DNA of 64,000 nt from an uncultured Chloroflexia bacterium (GCA_963713975.1 OY970218.1:1792001-1856000), one strand, 5' to 3'. Positions 29,912 through 40,543 are shown, counted from the stretch's first letter. Made by a program: numbers and translations. Notes: generated from the sequence alone by a model not told the origin.

Positions 29912-30984
29912 GCCACTCCCTCAGCCTCGGCGGCGACGTCGGTCCCCACGAGCTCGAGGTATCGCTCCTCGAGGCTCGCCGCACCGAGGCGGAGCTCGGT
30001 GATCAGCAGGCCCCGCTCCGCACACCAGGCTGCCAGCGCGGCCACGAGCCGCGGGTCAGGGGCTGCCGACAGTCCCGTGAGCTCGTAGTGGGCCCCGGGC
30101 CCCGCCGCTACGACGGCCGCGCTCGAGCCGGGCCCCGCGCCCGTGAGGGCCGCGCCGCCCGCCGCTCGGCCGCCCGTCGTGACCGCTACCACCAGCGATG
30201 CCCCGTCCTCGCCGGCCAGCGGTGCCGAGAGCCGGAAGCGGACGCGGGGCGATCCGGCGCCGGTGAGCTCCGCCGGGGTCCCGTAGGCCACGACCCGGCC
30301 CCGGTCCAGCACCGCGACGTGGTCCGCCAGCCGCTCCACGTCGCCCAGCTCGTGCGTCGTGAGCAGGATCGTGGTCCCGGCGGCGCGAAGGGCCGCGATC
30401 CGCTCCCGCGTCGCCTGCTTGGCAGCTGGATCCATGCCTGCCGTGGGCTCGTCGAGGACGAGGAGCTCCGGCCGCCCGATGAGCGCCATGGCCAGCGCCA
30501 GACGCTGCTTCTCGCCACCGGACAGGCGCCGGTAGCGGGTCGTCGCCGCCTGCCCCAGGTCCACCATCTCGAGCAGCCGGTCCGGGTCTTCCGGGTCGCG
30601 ATAGAAGCGCGCGTAGAGCCGCAGGGCCTCACGGGGGGTCGTGCGCGAATCGACGCCGCCCTCCTGGAGCATCAGGCCGATCCGTGGCCGCAACTGCCTG
30701 CCGTCCTTCGCAGGATCGAGGCCCAGCACCCGCACCGTGCCGCCGTCCACGTGGCGGTAGCCCTCGAGGATCTCCACCGTGGTCGTCTTGCCCGCTCCGT
30801 TCGGGCCCAGGAGCGCGAACAGCTCGCCGCGCTGGACCTCGAAGCTGACCCCTGACAGGATCTCGCGCCGGCCGTACCGCTTCCGGATGTCCGTGGCGAC
30901 GACGGCCGCCCCGGAGCCCGGTGCCCCCCCGGACCGGGATGACCTGTCCGTCCCGATCGCGTCCTCGGCGATCGAGGTCGTCAC
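29908..30984 (-). CDS. ABC transporter ATP-binding protein
   Basis: GPNGAGKTT, LSGGEKQ, LDEPT, TTH. Confidence 0.95.
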   Translation of the reverse strand: MTTSIAEDAIGTDRSSRSGGAPGSGAAVVATDIRKRYGRREILSGVSFEVQRGELFALLGPNGAGKTTTVEILEGYRHVDGGTVRVLGLDPAKDGRQLRPRIGLMLQEGGVDSRTTPREALRLYARFYRDPEDPDRLLEMVDLGQAATTRYRRLSGGEKQRLALAMALIGRPELLVLDEPTAGMDPAAKQATRERIAALRAAGTTILLTTHELGDVERLADHVAVLDRGRVVAYGTPAELTGAGSPRVRFRLSAPLAGEDGASLVVAVTTGGRAAGGAALTGAGPGSSAAVVAAGPGAHYELTGLSAAPDPRLVAALAAWCAERGLLITELRLGAASLEERYLELVGTDVAAEAEGVA

Positions 30985-31457
30985 GGCTTGATCTTGGCGT
31001 ACTGGGCGGCGAAGTCCTCCGGCCGCACCTGGCCGATCTGGATGCCGCGCACGATCCCGTCCTTGTCGATGAAGTACGTCTGCGGTGGCGCCGCCACTCG
31101 CCACGCGGCCGCACTCGCACCGTCGGGATCGGTGATCGTGGGCCACGCTGCCCCGGCGTCCGAGACGAACTGCTGGGCCATGGCCGCCTCGTCCTTGTAG
31201 AGCACTCCGATCATCGCCAGGTCGTCGGTTGGGCCAAGCGCTGCCAGCTGCTCATTGAACAGCGGGAACTCCTCGCGACAGGGCGTGCACCAGGAGGCCC
31301 AGAAGTTGACGACCACGGGCCGGCCGCGATAGGTGGACAGGTCCACCGTGGAGCCGTCGAGCGCTGTCCCGACGAGCGGGGGAGCGGGCTGCCCGACCCG
31401 TGCTTCCGTGGAACTGCCGCCGCAGCCGGCGACGACGAGCATGAGCAGGGCGAACAC
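30981..31457 (-). CDS. TlpA/ResA thiol-disulfide oxidoreductase (start uncertain)
   Basis: NFWASWCTPC, P.TYFID.DG; lipobox VAGC. Confidence 0.9.
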   Translation of the reverse strand: MFALLMLVVAGCGGSSTEARVGQPAPPLVGTALDGSTVDLSTYRGRPVVVNFWASWCTPCREEFPLFNEQLAALGPTDDLAMIGVLYKDEAAMAQQFVSDAGAAWPTITDPDGASAAAWRVAAPPQTYFIDKDGIVRGIQIGQVRPEDFAAQYAKIKP

Positions 31458-31523
31458 GGCGAGGGCCAGGGACCGGGTGCGGACGGCGCGGCTGATGGAC
31501 GTGCCTCGTGGGGCCGTCAGCAG

Positions 31524-32633
31524 CTACTGGGCCGTGATGGTCCCCGTCATGTTGGGATGCACCGAGCAGACGAAGGGGTACTGCCCGGCGGGAAGGGCCG
31601 GCACATCGTAGACCACAACCGCGACGCCCGTGAGCAGCTCGCCCCTGAACAGCTCGGCGCCGCCGGCGTCCTTGATCACCACATCGTGCGGGATGCCCTG
31701 GTCGCGGTTGTCGAGCGCCAGGGTGAACGGGACACCGGCCGGCACGGTGATCGAGCTCTCCACCCACGTGATGTTCTCGGCGACCACGACCGCGTCCGCC
31801 GCGATGGCGGCCGTTGGGGCGGCGGACGGTGCACCGGCGGCTCCACCCGGCGCGGCGCTGGAGCCCGGCGCGGCGCTGGCCGTGGCCGTGTCGTCACCGG
31901 TGCCGGACAGGAGCCCGGATCCGACCAGCACGGCACCGACGACGATCAGCCCCAGCGCGAAGAACGTCGCCTTGGGCCAGGCGGGCGGGCCGCCGAGGTC
32001 CAGGTGTCCCGTCCGGTCGGCCTCGACGGTGGCCGAGTACTCGCGGCGGGAGTCCCACAGCCAGCCCAGCCCGGTGATCACGATGGCGAGGAACCCAAGG
32101 ATCAGGGCGACGCCGCCGATGACCATGCCCGCGACCATGGCGAACATCGCGACGGAGACCAGCAGCGGCCGGAACGACGGCGGCGGGATGTGGACGCCCG
32201 CAGGCGGCGTGCCCATCGGCGCCGGCAGGGCGCCGATCGCGACCTGCCCGCCTCCCGCGTCCGTGATGTGGTCGTAGTCGCGCAGCGCCTCGCGGCCCCA
32301 GAAGAGCAGCGTGATCATCAGGATCAGCGCCCCGACGGCGAGCCAGATGCCACCCGCGACCATGCCGAACACCATGAAGAAGGCGCCGATGGCGCCCAGC
32401 ACCGGCGCGAACGACGGCCCGGGCATGTGGATCCCGGACGGGGTCCTGGGAGCGATTCGTCCCTTGCCGCGTCGCTTGGGCCCGGCCGTGGCGAACCGGT
32501 AGGCCAGCCACGCGATGTAGCCGAAGACGAGCAGGGCAAGGCCGATCGGGATGAGCAGGATCAGCGCACCCCAGTCGGGGACGACGAACGGTTCGGTCAG
32601 CGCGATGAGACCCGACCAGAGCTCCTCGATCAT
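31524..32633 (-). CDS. Oxidase subunit-IV-like membrane protein fused to a type-1 cupredoxin domain
   Basis: Two 'H.P.PSF.P' TM-hairpin repeats; C-terminal PH...YPFVCSVHPNM. Confidence 0.75.
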   Translation of the reverse strand: MIEELWSGLIALTEPFVVPDWGALILLIPIGLALLVFGYIAWLAYRFATAGPKRRGKGRIAPRTPSGIHMPGPSFAPVLGAIGAFFMVFGMVAGGIWLAVGALILMITLLFWGREALRDYDHITDAGGGQVAIGALPAPMGTPPAGVHIPPPSFRPLLVSVAMFAMVAGMVIGGVALILGFLAIVITGLGWLWDSRREYSATVEADRTGHLDLGGPPAWPKATFFALGLIVVGAVLVGSGLLSGTGDDTATASAAPGSSAAPGGAAGAPSAAPTAAIAADAVVVAENITWVESSITVPAGVPFTLALDNRDQGIPHDVVIKDAGGAELFRGELLTGVAVVVYDVPALPAGQYPFVCSVHPNMTGTITAQ

Positions 32634-32643
32634 CGTGGCTGCA

Positions 32644-32844
32644 TCAGCTCTGCTGCTTGAGACCCACGACCAGGACGTAGGCCATCAGCGCCGTGGCACC
32701 CCCGAGGGCGAGGAGCAGGGTGACCCCCGTCAGGTCCACGAGATACGGGTCCACGAGCTGTGTGAACGCCCAGTAGAAGACCGCGATCACCACGAAGATG
32801 ATGCCGATCAGGGCGGCGCGCCGGGGCTTCATCGGGAGGCTCAT
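32644..32844 (-). CDS. Small 2-TM oxidase subunit (CtaF N-half-like)
   Basis: 'F...A.FYW....D..G...L' pattern; position directly after ctaE. Confidence 0.55.
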   Translation of the reverse strand: MSLPMKPRRAALIGIIFVVIAVFYWAFTQLVDPYLVDLTGVTLLLALGGATALMAYVLVVGLKQQS

Positions 32845-32850
32845 CTCGCG

Positions 32851-33528
32851 CTACAGCAGGTAGAGGATCGAGAACAACAGGATCCAGACGACGTCCACGA
32901 AGTGCCAGTAGAGCGACGTCGCCTCGACCATGTCGTGGTGGCGGGCAGAGAACTGGCCTGCCATGCCCCGGTATACCACCACCCCCAGCATCAGCACACC
33001 CCCGAAGACGTGCGCCCCGTGGAAGCCCGTCAGGGTGAAGTAGGTCGTGCCGAAGGTCGTGGCCCCCATCGTGAGGCCCTCGTGCATCAGGACGCTGTAG
33101 TCGAAGGCCTGGAGCAGGAGGAAGATGACGCCCAGGACGAATGTCACGATGAACGCGCGGGTGAACCCCGTCCGGTCGTCCCTGCGGATCGCCCACACGC
33201 CCATCTGGCAGGTGACCGAGGACAGGACCAGGATGATCGTGGCCGGCAGGATCAGGTTGAGGCTGCCGGACTCGGTGGTGAGCTGGAAGGGATTGAGCAG
33301 GCCCTCGTAGGCCGACGGCGGCCACACGTGCGCCGCCACGCCGTTGACGACCTCCGTGTAGCCGGCCCGGATGCTGAAGTACGCGGCGAACAGGCCCGCG
33401 AAGAACATCACCTCGCTGGCAATGAACAGCAGCATTCCCAGGACGGGGTTGCCCATCCCGCCGCCATGCGTGTCGACGGCGTGGTGCTCTGCGGTGGCCG
33501 CGGTCAGGGTCGTGGCGTCGGAAGTCAT
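32851..33528 (-). CDS. ctaE: Heme-copper oxidase subunit III
   Basis: LFIASEVMFF, TGFHGAHV, YWHFVDVVW. Confidence 0.96.
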   Translation of the reverse strand: MTSDATTLTAATAEHHAVDTHGGGMGNPVLGMLLFIASEVMFFAGLFAAYFSIRAGYTEVVNGVAAHVWPPSAYEGLLNPFQLTTESGSLNLILPATIILVLSSVTCQMGVWAIRRDDRTGFTRAFIVTFVLGVIFLLLQAFDYSVLMHEGLTMGATTFGTTYFTLTGFHGAHVFGGVLMLGVVVYRGMAGQFSARHHDMVEATSLYWHFVDVVWILLFSILYLL

Positions 33529-33538
33529 CGTCGTCCCC

Positions 33539-35161
33539 TCAGTGCGCGGCCGTCCGGCCGTACCGGGCGTCGAAGACCGGGCGCTCCGAGCGGATCTCGG
33601 GCAGGTGGTCGAAGTTGTAGGCGGGCGGCGGCGAGGATGTCGCCCACTCGAGCGTGTTGGCCTCCCACGGATCGGGGCCGGCGACCTTGCCGTTACGCAG
33701 CGAGATCAGCACGTTCCAGAAGAACGGCAGCATGGAGAACGCGATGACGAAGCCGCCGATCGTGGCGGCCAGATTGAGCTCGCTCCAGCCGGCCGTGCTG
33801 GCGTAGTCGGCGATGCGGCGCGGCATGCCTGCCAGGCCCAGCTGGTGCATCGGGAAGAAGGTGAGGTTGAACCCGATGAACATGAGCACGAACTGGAGCT
33901 TGCCGAGGCCCTCGTTGAGCATCCGGCCGGTCATCTTGGGGAACCAGTAGTAGATGCCAGCGAAGACCCCGAACACGGAGCCGCCGAACAGGACGTAGTG
34001 GAGATGCGCGACCACCCAGTAGGTGTCGTGGAGCGCGAAGTCCACCGGGACCGCCGCGGAGAACGCGCCGTTGAGGCCGCCGATCAGGAACAGCGTCAGG
34101 AAGCCCACCGCGTACAGCATCGGCGTAGCGAACGTCAGCTGGCCGCGCCACATCGTGGCGATCCAGTTGAACATCTTGACGCCCGTCGGCACCGCGATCA
34201 GGAACGTCATCAGGCTGAAGAACGGCAGGAACACCGCGCCGGTCGTGAACATGTGGTGGGCCCAGACGGAGAACCCGAGGGCGCCGATCGCCGCCGTCGC
34301 GAACACGAATGCCTTGTAGCCGAACAGAGGCTTGCGCGAGAAGACCGGCAGGATCTCGCTGATGATCCCCATCGCCGGCAGGATCATGATGTAGACCGCG
34401 GGATGCGAGTAGAACCAGAACACGTTCTGGTAGAGCACCGCGCTGCCGCCGTTGGCCGGGTCGAAGAAGTGCCCGCCGTAGTTGCGGTCGATGAACAGCA
34501 TGATCAGGGCACTGGTGAGGACCGGGGTCGCCATGAGGATGAGCACGCTCGTGACCAGCACGGTCCAGACCAGAATCGGCATCCGGAACAGCGTCATGCC
34601 CGGGGCGCGCATCTTGAAGATCGTGACCAGGAAGTTCACGGCGCCCAGGATGGAGCTCGTCCCGATGAGGGTCAGGCCCATGATCCAAAGGTCCGTGCCG
34701 GTGCCCGCGTATTGGGCGCCCGAGAGTGGTGGGTACTCCGTCCAGCCCGCGGCCGCCGCGCCACCCGAGGTCAGGAAGCCCGAGGCCATGAGGAGACCGC
34801 CGAGCGGCAGCAGCCAGAACGACAGGGCGTTGATCCGGGGGAACGCCATGTCCGGTGCCCCGATCTGGAGCGGCACGACGTAGTTCCCGAAGCCCGCAAG
34901 GATCGGGATGATGAACAGGAACAGCATGAACGAGGCGTGCATCGTGAACGCCTGGTTGTAGAACGCCTCGTCCACGGCCTGGAGCCCCGGCTGGGCGAGC
35001 TCCACGCGGACGAGGAGGGCGAGGAGGCCGCCGGCCACGAAGAACAGCATCGAGTTGATCAGGTACAGGATCCCGATCTTCTTGTGGTCCGTGGTCGTGA
35101 GCCACTCGTAGAGTCCGCTCCGGGCGGCGGGAGCGGCGGGGTTCAGGGTCGTTGTGGCCAT
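33539..35161 (-). CDS. ctaD: Heme-copper (A-type) oxidase subunit I
   Basis: [31 protein letters not shown]. Confidence 0.97.
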   Translation of the reverse strand: MATTTLNPAAPAARSGLYEWLTTTDHKKIGILYLINSMLFFVAGGLLALLVRVELAQPGLQAVDEAFYNQAFTMHASFMLFLFIIPILAGFGNYVVPLQIGAPDMAFPRINALSFWLLPLGGLLMASGFLTSGGAAAAGWTEYPPLSGAQYAGTGTDLWIMGLTLIGTSSILGAVNFLVTIFKMRAPGMTLFRMPILVWTVLVTSVLILMATPVLTSALIMLFIDRNYGGHFFDPANGGSAVLYQNVFWFYSHPAVYIMILPAMGIISEILPVFSRKPLFGYKAFVFATAAIGALGFSVWAHHMFTTGAVFLPFFSLMTFLIAVPTGVKMFNWIATMWRGQLTFATPMLYAVGFLTLFLIGGLNGAFSAAVPVDFALHDTYWVVAHLHYVLFGGSVFGVFAGIYYWFPKMTGRMLNEGLGKLQFVLMFIGFNLTFFPMHQLGLAGMPRRIADYASTAGWSELNLAATIGGFVIAFSMLPFFWNVLISLRNGKVAGPDPWEANTLEWATSSPPPAYNFDHLPEIRSERPVFDARYGRTAAH

Positions 35162-35172
35162 CCCGTGCTCCC

Positions 35173-36291
35173 TTACTGGACCGTCAGGGTGCCGGTCATG
35201 TTCGGATGGACCGTGCACACGAACGGGTAGGTGCCAGCCGCGAGGGCCGACACGCTGTAGTTGATCTCGGACACGCCGGTGATGATCTCGCCGGTGTAGA
35301 GCGGTGCACCCGACGCGTCCTTGATCTCCACGTTGTGGGGCACGCCGTCGTCATCGTTCTTGAAATGGATCACGAACGGCTGGTCGGCCGGTGCCTGGAG
35401 GGTGTCCGTCGAGAACTCGATGTTCAGGGCGCTGAGCTCGGCGACGGGACCCGCGGCCTCGCCGGATGGCAGGGGCGCCGGTGTGGCGTTCGCCTTGGCG
35501 ATCTTCGCGGCCATCCACGCATCGAAGTCCGCCTTCGGCCTGGCGTTGACCTCGAAGATCATCGAGCCGTGGAACGGGCCGCACAGCTCGGCGCACTGGC
35601 CGCGGTAGGTGCCGGGCTCCTCCACGGTGAAGTCGAAGGTGTTCTCCTTGCCCGGGATGACGTCCCGCTTGAACAGGAACTTGGGGACGTAGAAGGCGTG
35701 GATCACGTCGGGGCTGCGAAGCGAGATGTGGACGGGCTCCCCAACCGGTAGCACCAGCCCGCCGTCCTCGCCCACGGGCAGTGCCTGCGTGAACAGCACC
35801 TCCCCGTTGGCGTCGAGGTAGTCGAACTGCCATTGGAAGCGTGCCGCGACGGCCCGCACGTGCACGTCGCTCCTGGTCACAGCGTCGACGGTGTTGAGGG
35901 TCTGCCAGGACATGAAGAACAGGACCAGGACGATCACGGTGGGGATCGCCGTCCAGATGACCTCGACCAGGTTGTTGCCGTGGGTCTGCGGCGGCAGGGT
36001 GTCGTCCCCGGGCTTCCGGCGGAAGCGGAAGACCGAGTACACGATGAGCCCCTCGACCAGGACGAAGATGGCGACCGCGATGTAGAAGACGATGTTGTAC
36101 AGCTCTCGCGTGGCAACACCGCGGTCCGTGACGGGTGTGGAGCCGTCCACGGGGAAGAAGCTGTCCCACGCCTGCTGGGGCGTGACGCCCGCGGTCATGA
36201 GCACAGCGATCGTGATCGCGATGACCACGACGATGATCAGTCCGGCGACGATAGGGCCTGACCCCGTCCTGGACCGGGAGGGCATCGACAT
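35173..36291 (-). CDS. ctaC: Oxidase subunit II (CuA) with C-terminal cupredoxin domain
   Basis: LEVIW-like TM, DVIHAF, CAELCG..H..M; extra PHN...CTVHPNM domain. Confidence 0.95.
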   Translation of the reverse strand: MSMPSRSRTGSGPIVAGLIIVVVIAITIAVLMTAGVTPQQAWDSFFPVDGSTPVTDRGVATRELYNIVFYIAVAIFVLVEGLIVYSVFRFRRKPGDDTLPPQTHGNNLVEVIWTAIPTVIVLVLFFMSWQTLNTVDAVTRSDVHVRAVAARFQWQFDYLDANGEVLFTQALPVGEDGGLVLPVGEPVHISLRSPDVIHAFYVPKFLFKRDVIPGKENTFDFTVEEPGTYRGQCAELCGPFHGSMIFEVNARPKADFDAWMAAKIAKANATPAPLPSGEAAGPVAELSALNIEFSTDTLQAPADQPFVIHFKNDDDGVPHNVEIKDASGAPLYTGEIITGVSEINYSVSALAAGTYPFVCTVHPNMTGTLTVQ

Positions 36292-36499
36292 CGGGTTCCT
36301 CGAGCGGTGTCGGCCGGGCCATGGACGAGCCCGGATAAGGAAGGTTCCGGTTGTCCGGGGACGCGCGCCTCCAGGGGCCGGGGGCGCCGGACGCGCGCAT
36401 CATACCCGAAGGTCCCGACAGCGGGGGGCCATTTGCCAGCCCTACCCCTGCCAGACGTCACATCGTCGCATCTGGTGCGATTCGGGCGAGAATGCGCAC

Positions 36500-37588
36500 G
36501 TGACCCCCGAACCCTCGCGACCCCTCGCGCGACCCCGGTGCGCGACGCTGCTGGCCGCCCCGCCGATCCTCGCGGGCACGCTCGCCCTCGCGGGCACGCT
36601 CGCCTTCGCTCCCGGTGCGCTGGCACACGGCGGCTCGACGCCCGACGTGCCGCCGGACGCGCTGAACCTCGCCCTGGAATGGTCCGGCGATCCGCTGGTC
36701 TGGCTGCCCGCGATCGTGGCCCTGCTGCTGTGGCGGGCCGGCGTGCGCAAGGTCAATCGCGAGCACCCGGCCAACCCCGTGGCCGGGAAGCGGACGTGGG
36801 GATGGGTCCTCGGCGTGCTGGCCGTCCTGGTGGCGCTGGATTCCGGGATCGAGCGCTATGACACGACGCTGTTCTGGATCCACATGGTCCAGCACATGCT
36901 GCTGACCCTGGTGGCGCCGGTCCTGCTCCTGTACGCGGGACCGATCACGCTCCTGCTCCGGGCCTCCGCGCCCGCGACGCGCAACCGCTGGATCTTCCCG
37001 TTGCTCCACTCGAGGGTGGTCCGGTTCCTCTCCTTCCCAGTCGTGTCCTGGCTGGTGTTCGCCATGGTGATGTGGGGGGCCCACTTCTCGCCCCTGTTCG
37101 ACGTCTCGCTCGAGAACGAGCTCGTGCACCGGCTCGAGCACGCCCTGTTCCTCTCGGCGGCGCTGCTGTTCTGGTGGCCGATCGTCGGCCCGGACCCCTC
37201 GCCGTGGCGGATGCGACCCGCGGCCAAGGTGCTCTACGTGGGCCTGCAGATGCCGCAGAACACGTTCCTCGCCCTCGCGATCTACATGTCCACGATCCCG
37301 CTCTACAACCACTACGTGACGACGATCCGCGCGTGGGGGCCAACGCCGCTCGAGGACCAGCAGATCGCCGGAGGGGTCATGTGGTTGGGCGGGGACTTCG
37401 TGTTCATCGGCGCCGTGATCCTGCTGATGCTGGTCTGGGCGCGGGATGAGGAGCGGCGATCGGTGGGCGAGGACCGGCGGCTCGAGGGAGCGCGCGCCGC
37501 CATCCGGGAGCGTGAGGCGCGCCTGGCGGAGCGACGTGCCGCGGAGGCGGCCGCGGCGTCAGGGGACGGCGGGCCCGGCGTCCCCTGA
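36500..37588 (+). CDS. ctaG: Cytochrome c oxidase assembly factor (caa3-type CtaG)
   Basis: HMVQHMLL, H..EH...LFWWP, DQQ.AG..MW. Confidence 0.9.
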   Translation: MTPEPSRPLARPRCATLLAAPPILAGTLALAGTLAFAPGALAHGGSTPDVPPDALNLALEWSGDPLVWLPAIVALLLWRAGVRKVNREHPANPVAGKRTWGWVLGVLAVLVALDSGIERYDTTLFWIHMVQHMLLTLVAPVLLLYAGPITLLLRASAPATRNRWIFPLLHSRVVRFLSFPVVSWLVFAMVMWGAHFSPLFDVSLENELVHRLEHALFLSAALLFWWPIVGPDPSPWRMRPAAKVLYVGLQMPQNTFLALAIYMSTIPLYNHYVTTIRAWGPTPLEDQQIAGGVMWLGGDFVFIGAVILLMLVWARDEERRSVGEDRRLEGARAAIREREARLAERRAAEAAAASGDGGPGVP

Positions 37589-37601
37589 CGACCCGTCAGG
37601 T

Positions 37602-38609
37602 CTAGCCCTCGGGCGGGACGGGTGCCTCGAGATAGGCCAGGTAGCGGTCCGGGTCCACGTTCCCACCCGAGACCACGCCCACGATCGGCCCATCCAGTTG
37701 GTCCAGGCCCGCCTCCGCGGCGTGGAACCGCATGGCCGCCACCACCAGGGCTCCCGACGGCTCGACCACCAGGCGCGCCTCTTCGGCCGCGAGGCGCACG
37801 GCGGCCGCGATCTCCGCCTCGGACACGGTGACTACGGCGTCCAGCTGTGTCGAGAGGTGGGCGAAGTTCAGGAGCCCGATGGACTGGGTGCGCGTCCCGT
37901 CCGCGATCGTCCTGCTCACCTCCTCGGCCGGCCAGGCGACGATCCGCCCTGCCGCGAGCGAGTCCCGGGCGTCGGCGGCCAGCTCCGGCTCCACCCCGAT
38001 GACGCGGGTGCCGGGCAGCAGCCCCTTGATAGCGGCCGCGACCCCGCTCGCAAGTCCTCCGCCGCCGATAGGAACCAGCACGGCGGCCACGTCCGGCATG
38101 TCCTCGGCGATCTCGAGGCCCGCCGTGCCCTGGCCGGCGACGATGCGCGGGTCGTCGTACGGCGGGATCATCGCCAGGCCACGGGCAGTGGCAAGCTCCT
38201 CGGCGACGCGCTGGCGCTCCTCGGACGCCGTGCCCACGACCACGACCTGGGCGCCGTCGGCCTGGACCCGCGCGCTCTTGAGCGCCGGTGCATCGGACGG
38301 CATCACGATCACCGCCGGTACCCCGAACAGGAGGGCCGCTCGCGCAACGCCCTGGGCGTGGTTTCCGGAGGAGTACGTGATCAGTCCGCGCGCCCGCTCG
38401 TCGGGTGTCAGCGATGCAGCGGCGACATAGGCCCCGCGCAGCTTGAATGCGCCGATGGGTTGCAGGGACTCTGCCTTGAGCCACTGTCGCCGCTCTGGCC
38501 GTCCGAACGGGACCAGCGGAGTGCGAACGGTGACCCTGCGCAGGATTGCGGCAGCCGCGCGGATCTCGGACAGTCCGACGAGGGCCGGCAGGGGACGCGG
38601 CTCGGTCAT
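37602..38609 (-). CDS. Threonine/serine dehydratase (PLP)
   Basis: KAESLQP.GAFKLRG, SSGNHAQ, GQGT, GGGGL, EPSGA, SGGN. Confidence 0.92.
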   Translation of the reverse strand: MTEPRPLPALVGLSEIRAAAAILRRVTVRTPLVPFGRPERRQWLKAESLQPIGAFKLRGAYVAAASLTPDERARGLITYSSGNHAQGVARAALLFGVPAVIVMPSDAPALKSARVQADGAQVVVVGTASEERQRVAEELATARGLAMIPPYDDPRIVAGQGTAGLEIAEDMPDVAAVLVPIGGGGLASGVAAAIKGLLPGTRVIGVEPELAADARDSLAAGRIVAWPAEEVSRTIADGTRTQSIGLLNFAHLSTQLDAVVTVSEAEIAAAVRLAAEEARLVVEPSGALVVAAMRFHAAEAGLDQLDGPIVGVVSGGNVDPDRYLAYLEAPVPPEG

Positions 38610-38950
38610 CGGCGCCGGGCGGCCCGCGAGCAATCGATGCACAGCGCGGTCCACGGCAGGGCGTCCAGACGTTCCTGCGGGATAGGCTGCCGACACGACG
38701 TGCAGAAGCCGTAGGACCCGGCGTCGAGCCGCTCGAGGGCGGCGTCGATGGCGGCCAGGTGCTGGCGGTTGTGATCGAGGAGCGCCAGGTCCCGCTGCTG
38801 CTCGAAGACGTGCGTCGCGGCGGCGGCCTGGGAGCCGTAGGTCATCTGACCCGGAGCCTCGACCGTGTTGTCGGCAACCTCCTCGAGCACGCGGGCTCGC
38901 TCGGCAAGCAGGGCGTCACGCGGGTCGGTGGGGGTCGGCAGCGCATCCAT
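38606..38950 (-). CDS. DksA/TraR C4 zinc-finger protein
   Basis: AL.R...G.YG.C..C...I..ERL.ALP...LC..C. Confidence 0.9.
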   Translation of the reverse strand: MDALPTPTDPRDALLAERARVLEEVADNTVEAPGQMTYGSQAAAATHVFEQQRDLALLDHNRQHLAAIDAALERLDAGSYGFCTSCRQPIPQERLDALPWTALCIDCSRAARRR

Positions 38951-39068
38951 GTCCGGCGATGCTACTCCTGTGCGACGTCGCCGCGGGAAGGGCCGTTCGG
39001 CCGATCCGTCGTACCTGCGCTAGCCTCGGGGCCGACCACCCAACCCCCAAGCTGGCGAGGAGCACCAG

Positions 39069-39242
39069 ATGGCGATCGCGAAGGACCCGGTCTGCGGCAT
39101 GGATGTCGACACGGAGACGTCGAAGCTGTCGCTGGAGCACGAGGGCGAGACGTACTGGTTCTGTGGCAAGGGATGCCTGCTCGAGTTCAAGGACGACCCC
39201 GACACGTACCTCGACCCCGCCTACGAACCCCAGGGGATGTGA
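39069..39242 (+). CDS. YHS domain protein (57 aa)
   Basis: KDPVCGM.V...G.TY.FC..GC...F..DP; AGGAG RBS; not in the ORF track. Confidence 0.9.
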   Translation: MAIAKDPVCGMDVDTETSKLSLEHEGETYWFCGKGCLLEFKDDPDTYLDPAYEPQGM

Positions 39243-39544
39243 CCGCGGCTGATATAGCCTGGGCGCGCGAGCGTGGCATCGGTTCGATCCCCACAGGTGT
39301 CGGGCCGCGCTCGGACCCGCCACGCTGATGCATCTATAGATCGGATCGGCATTCGGCGAGCGTGGCAGGGACCGCCAAGGGGCACTTCGGGGCACTTCGC
39401 CACGCTGTATGGGTCTGGTTTCGATCCTCAGGTGACTCGCGGGCAGCATTGAGCGGCCCGATGGCGGCTCGGGTCCGCCAATGCCGCCGCCCGTTCCGTG
39501 GTTCGGGATACGAGGGGGCGCTGACACCCGGCGGAGCGTGCGGG

Positions 39545-39973
39545 TCAGCGACCATCGACGGGGCGCCGACCTGCCACGGCGGGCAGGGCCAGCGCAAAGG
39601 TGGCGATCACCAGCACCGTCATCACCATCGGCAGCGTGTAGAGGATCGTCCTCACGTCAAATTCCGTGCCGCCCGTCGTCGGAAGGCCGAAGGTGAGAAC
39701 GAAGGCCCAGAAGCCTCCGACGAGCAGGGCCGGCGGCAGCGCGAGGAGGCGCCACCACCCGATCGGCTCGATGGCGTCGAGCAGGAGGCCAAAGCACGCC
39801 GCGCCCGCCAGACCAACAACGATCAAGGTCATCCCGATTCCGATCCAGGGTTGGGGCGCAAGATCCCAATCCCCGACAGCCAATGCGGATCCCGCGGCCA
39901 TCAGCAACCCGAGGCCAGTGGCCACGCCCGAGATCGCCAGCCCGGCCCATCCGATCCGACCCACCTGACGCAT
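39545..39973 (-). CDS. Hypothetical 4-TM protein
   Basis: GGGAG RBS, hydrophobic helices. Confidence 0.6.
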   Translation of the reverse strand: MRQVGRIGWAGLAISGVATGLGLLMAAGSALAVGDWDLAPQPWIGIGMTLIVVGLAGAACFGLLLDAIEPIGWWRLLALPPALLVGGFWAFVLTFGLPTTGGTEFDVRTILYTLPMVMTVLVIATFALALPAVAGRRPVDGR

Positions 39974-40284
39974 CGACGTCTCCCTGTCTGCCATCGACCT
40001 CTTCGAGCGCTGGCGGTCGGACGCTCGATGTCCCTCGCTGGGTGCGATCAACAGTGTGGGGCAACGCCGCGTCAAGACCCACGATCGCGGCATGCCCGAC
40101 GCCACGAGGGATTCGCGCGGGCGACTGGCACGCCTCGCCTCACCTTGCTGCCGAACTGGCAATGAGATAAGTCGCGCGTAAGTGGCGTGCGCGAGACTCC
40201 GTCTCCCAGTCTTCGGCCGAGGGCACCCGGCAGGGTCGACGGCGATGGGATCGGAGTGCCCGCCCGGCGGGCCAGGAGGATCAG

Positions 40285-40386
40285 GTGCTCTCGCGTGCCC
40301 GGCGTGCCCTCGGGGTCGCCATCACCGTCACGGGCCCGACGCTGGCCGCATTCGCCCTTCTGGTCGTCGGAGCCAAGCGATGGTGA
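40285..40386 (+). CDS. 33-aa microprotein ending GAKRW
   Basis: AGGAGG RBS; MLSRARRALGVAITVTGPTLAAFALLVVGAKRW; paralog at 46253. Confidence 0.6.
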   Translation: MLSRARRALGVAITVTGPTLAAFALLVVGAKRW

Positions 40387-40543
40387 CGCCGGAGACGGCA
40401 GGCCCGTGCCCTCACGGCCGCCGCTGGTAGGAACGATCGGCGCAGACCCGGTGCGCCGCAGATCGAACCGAACGGGGATGCAGGCCCGCCCGGGATCGCA
40501 CTGATCGGGGCCCGATTCGGGCATCCTCCCGCATCATTGGCGC

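Noticed and set aside
33371-35230. Long antisense and shadow ORFs (also 10200-12032, 30921-32660, 55711-57564 and many others)
   Set aside because: By-products of high GC and stop-codon scarcity opposite well-supported genes.
39281-39292. tRNA remnant (GGTTCGATCCCC)
   Set aside because: T-loop-like only; no acceptor, D or anticodon arms.
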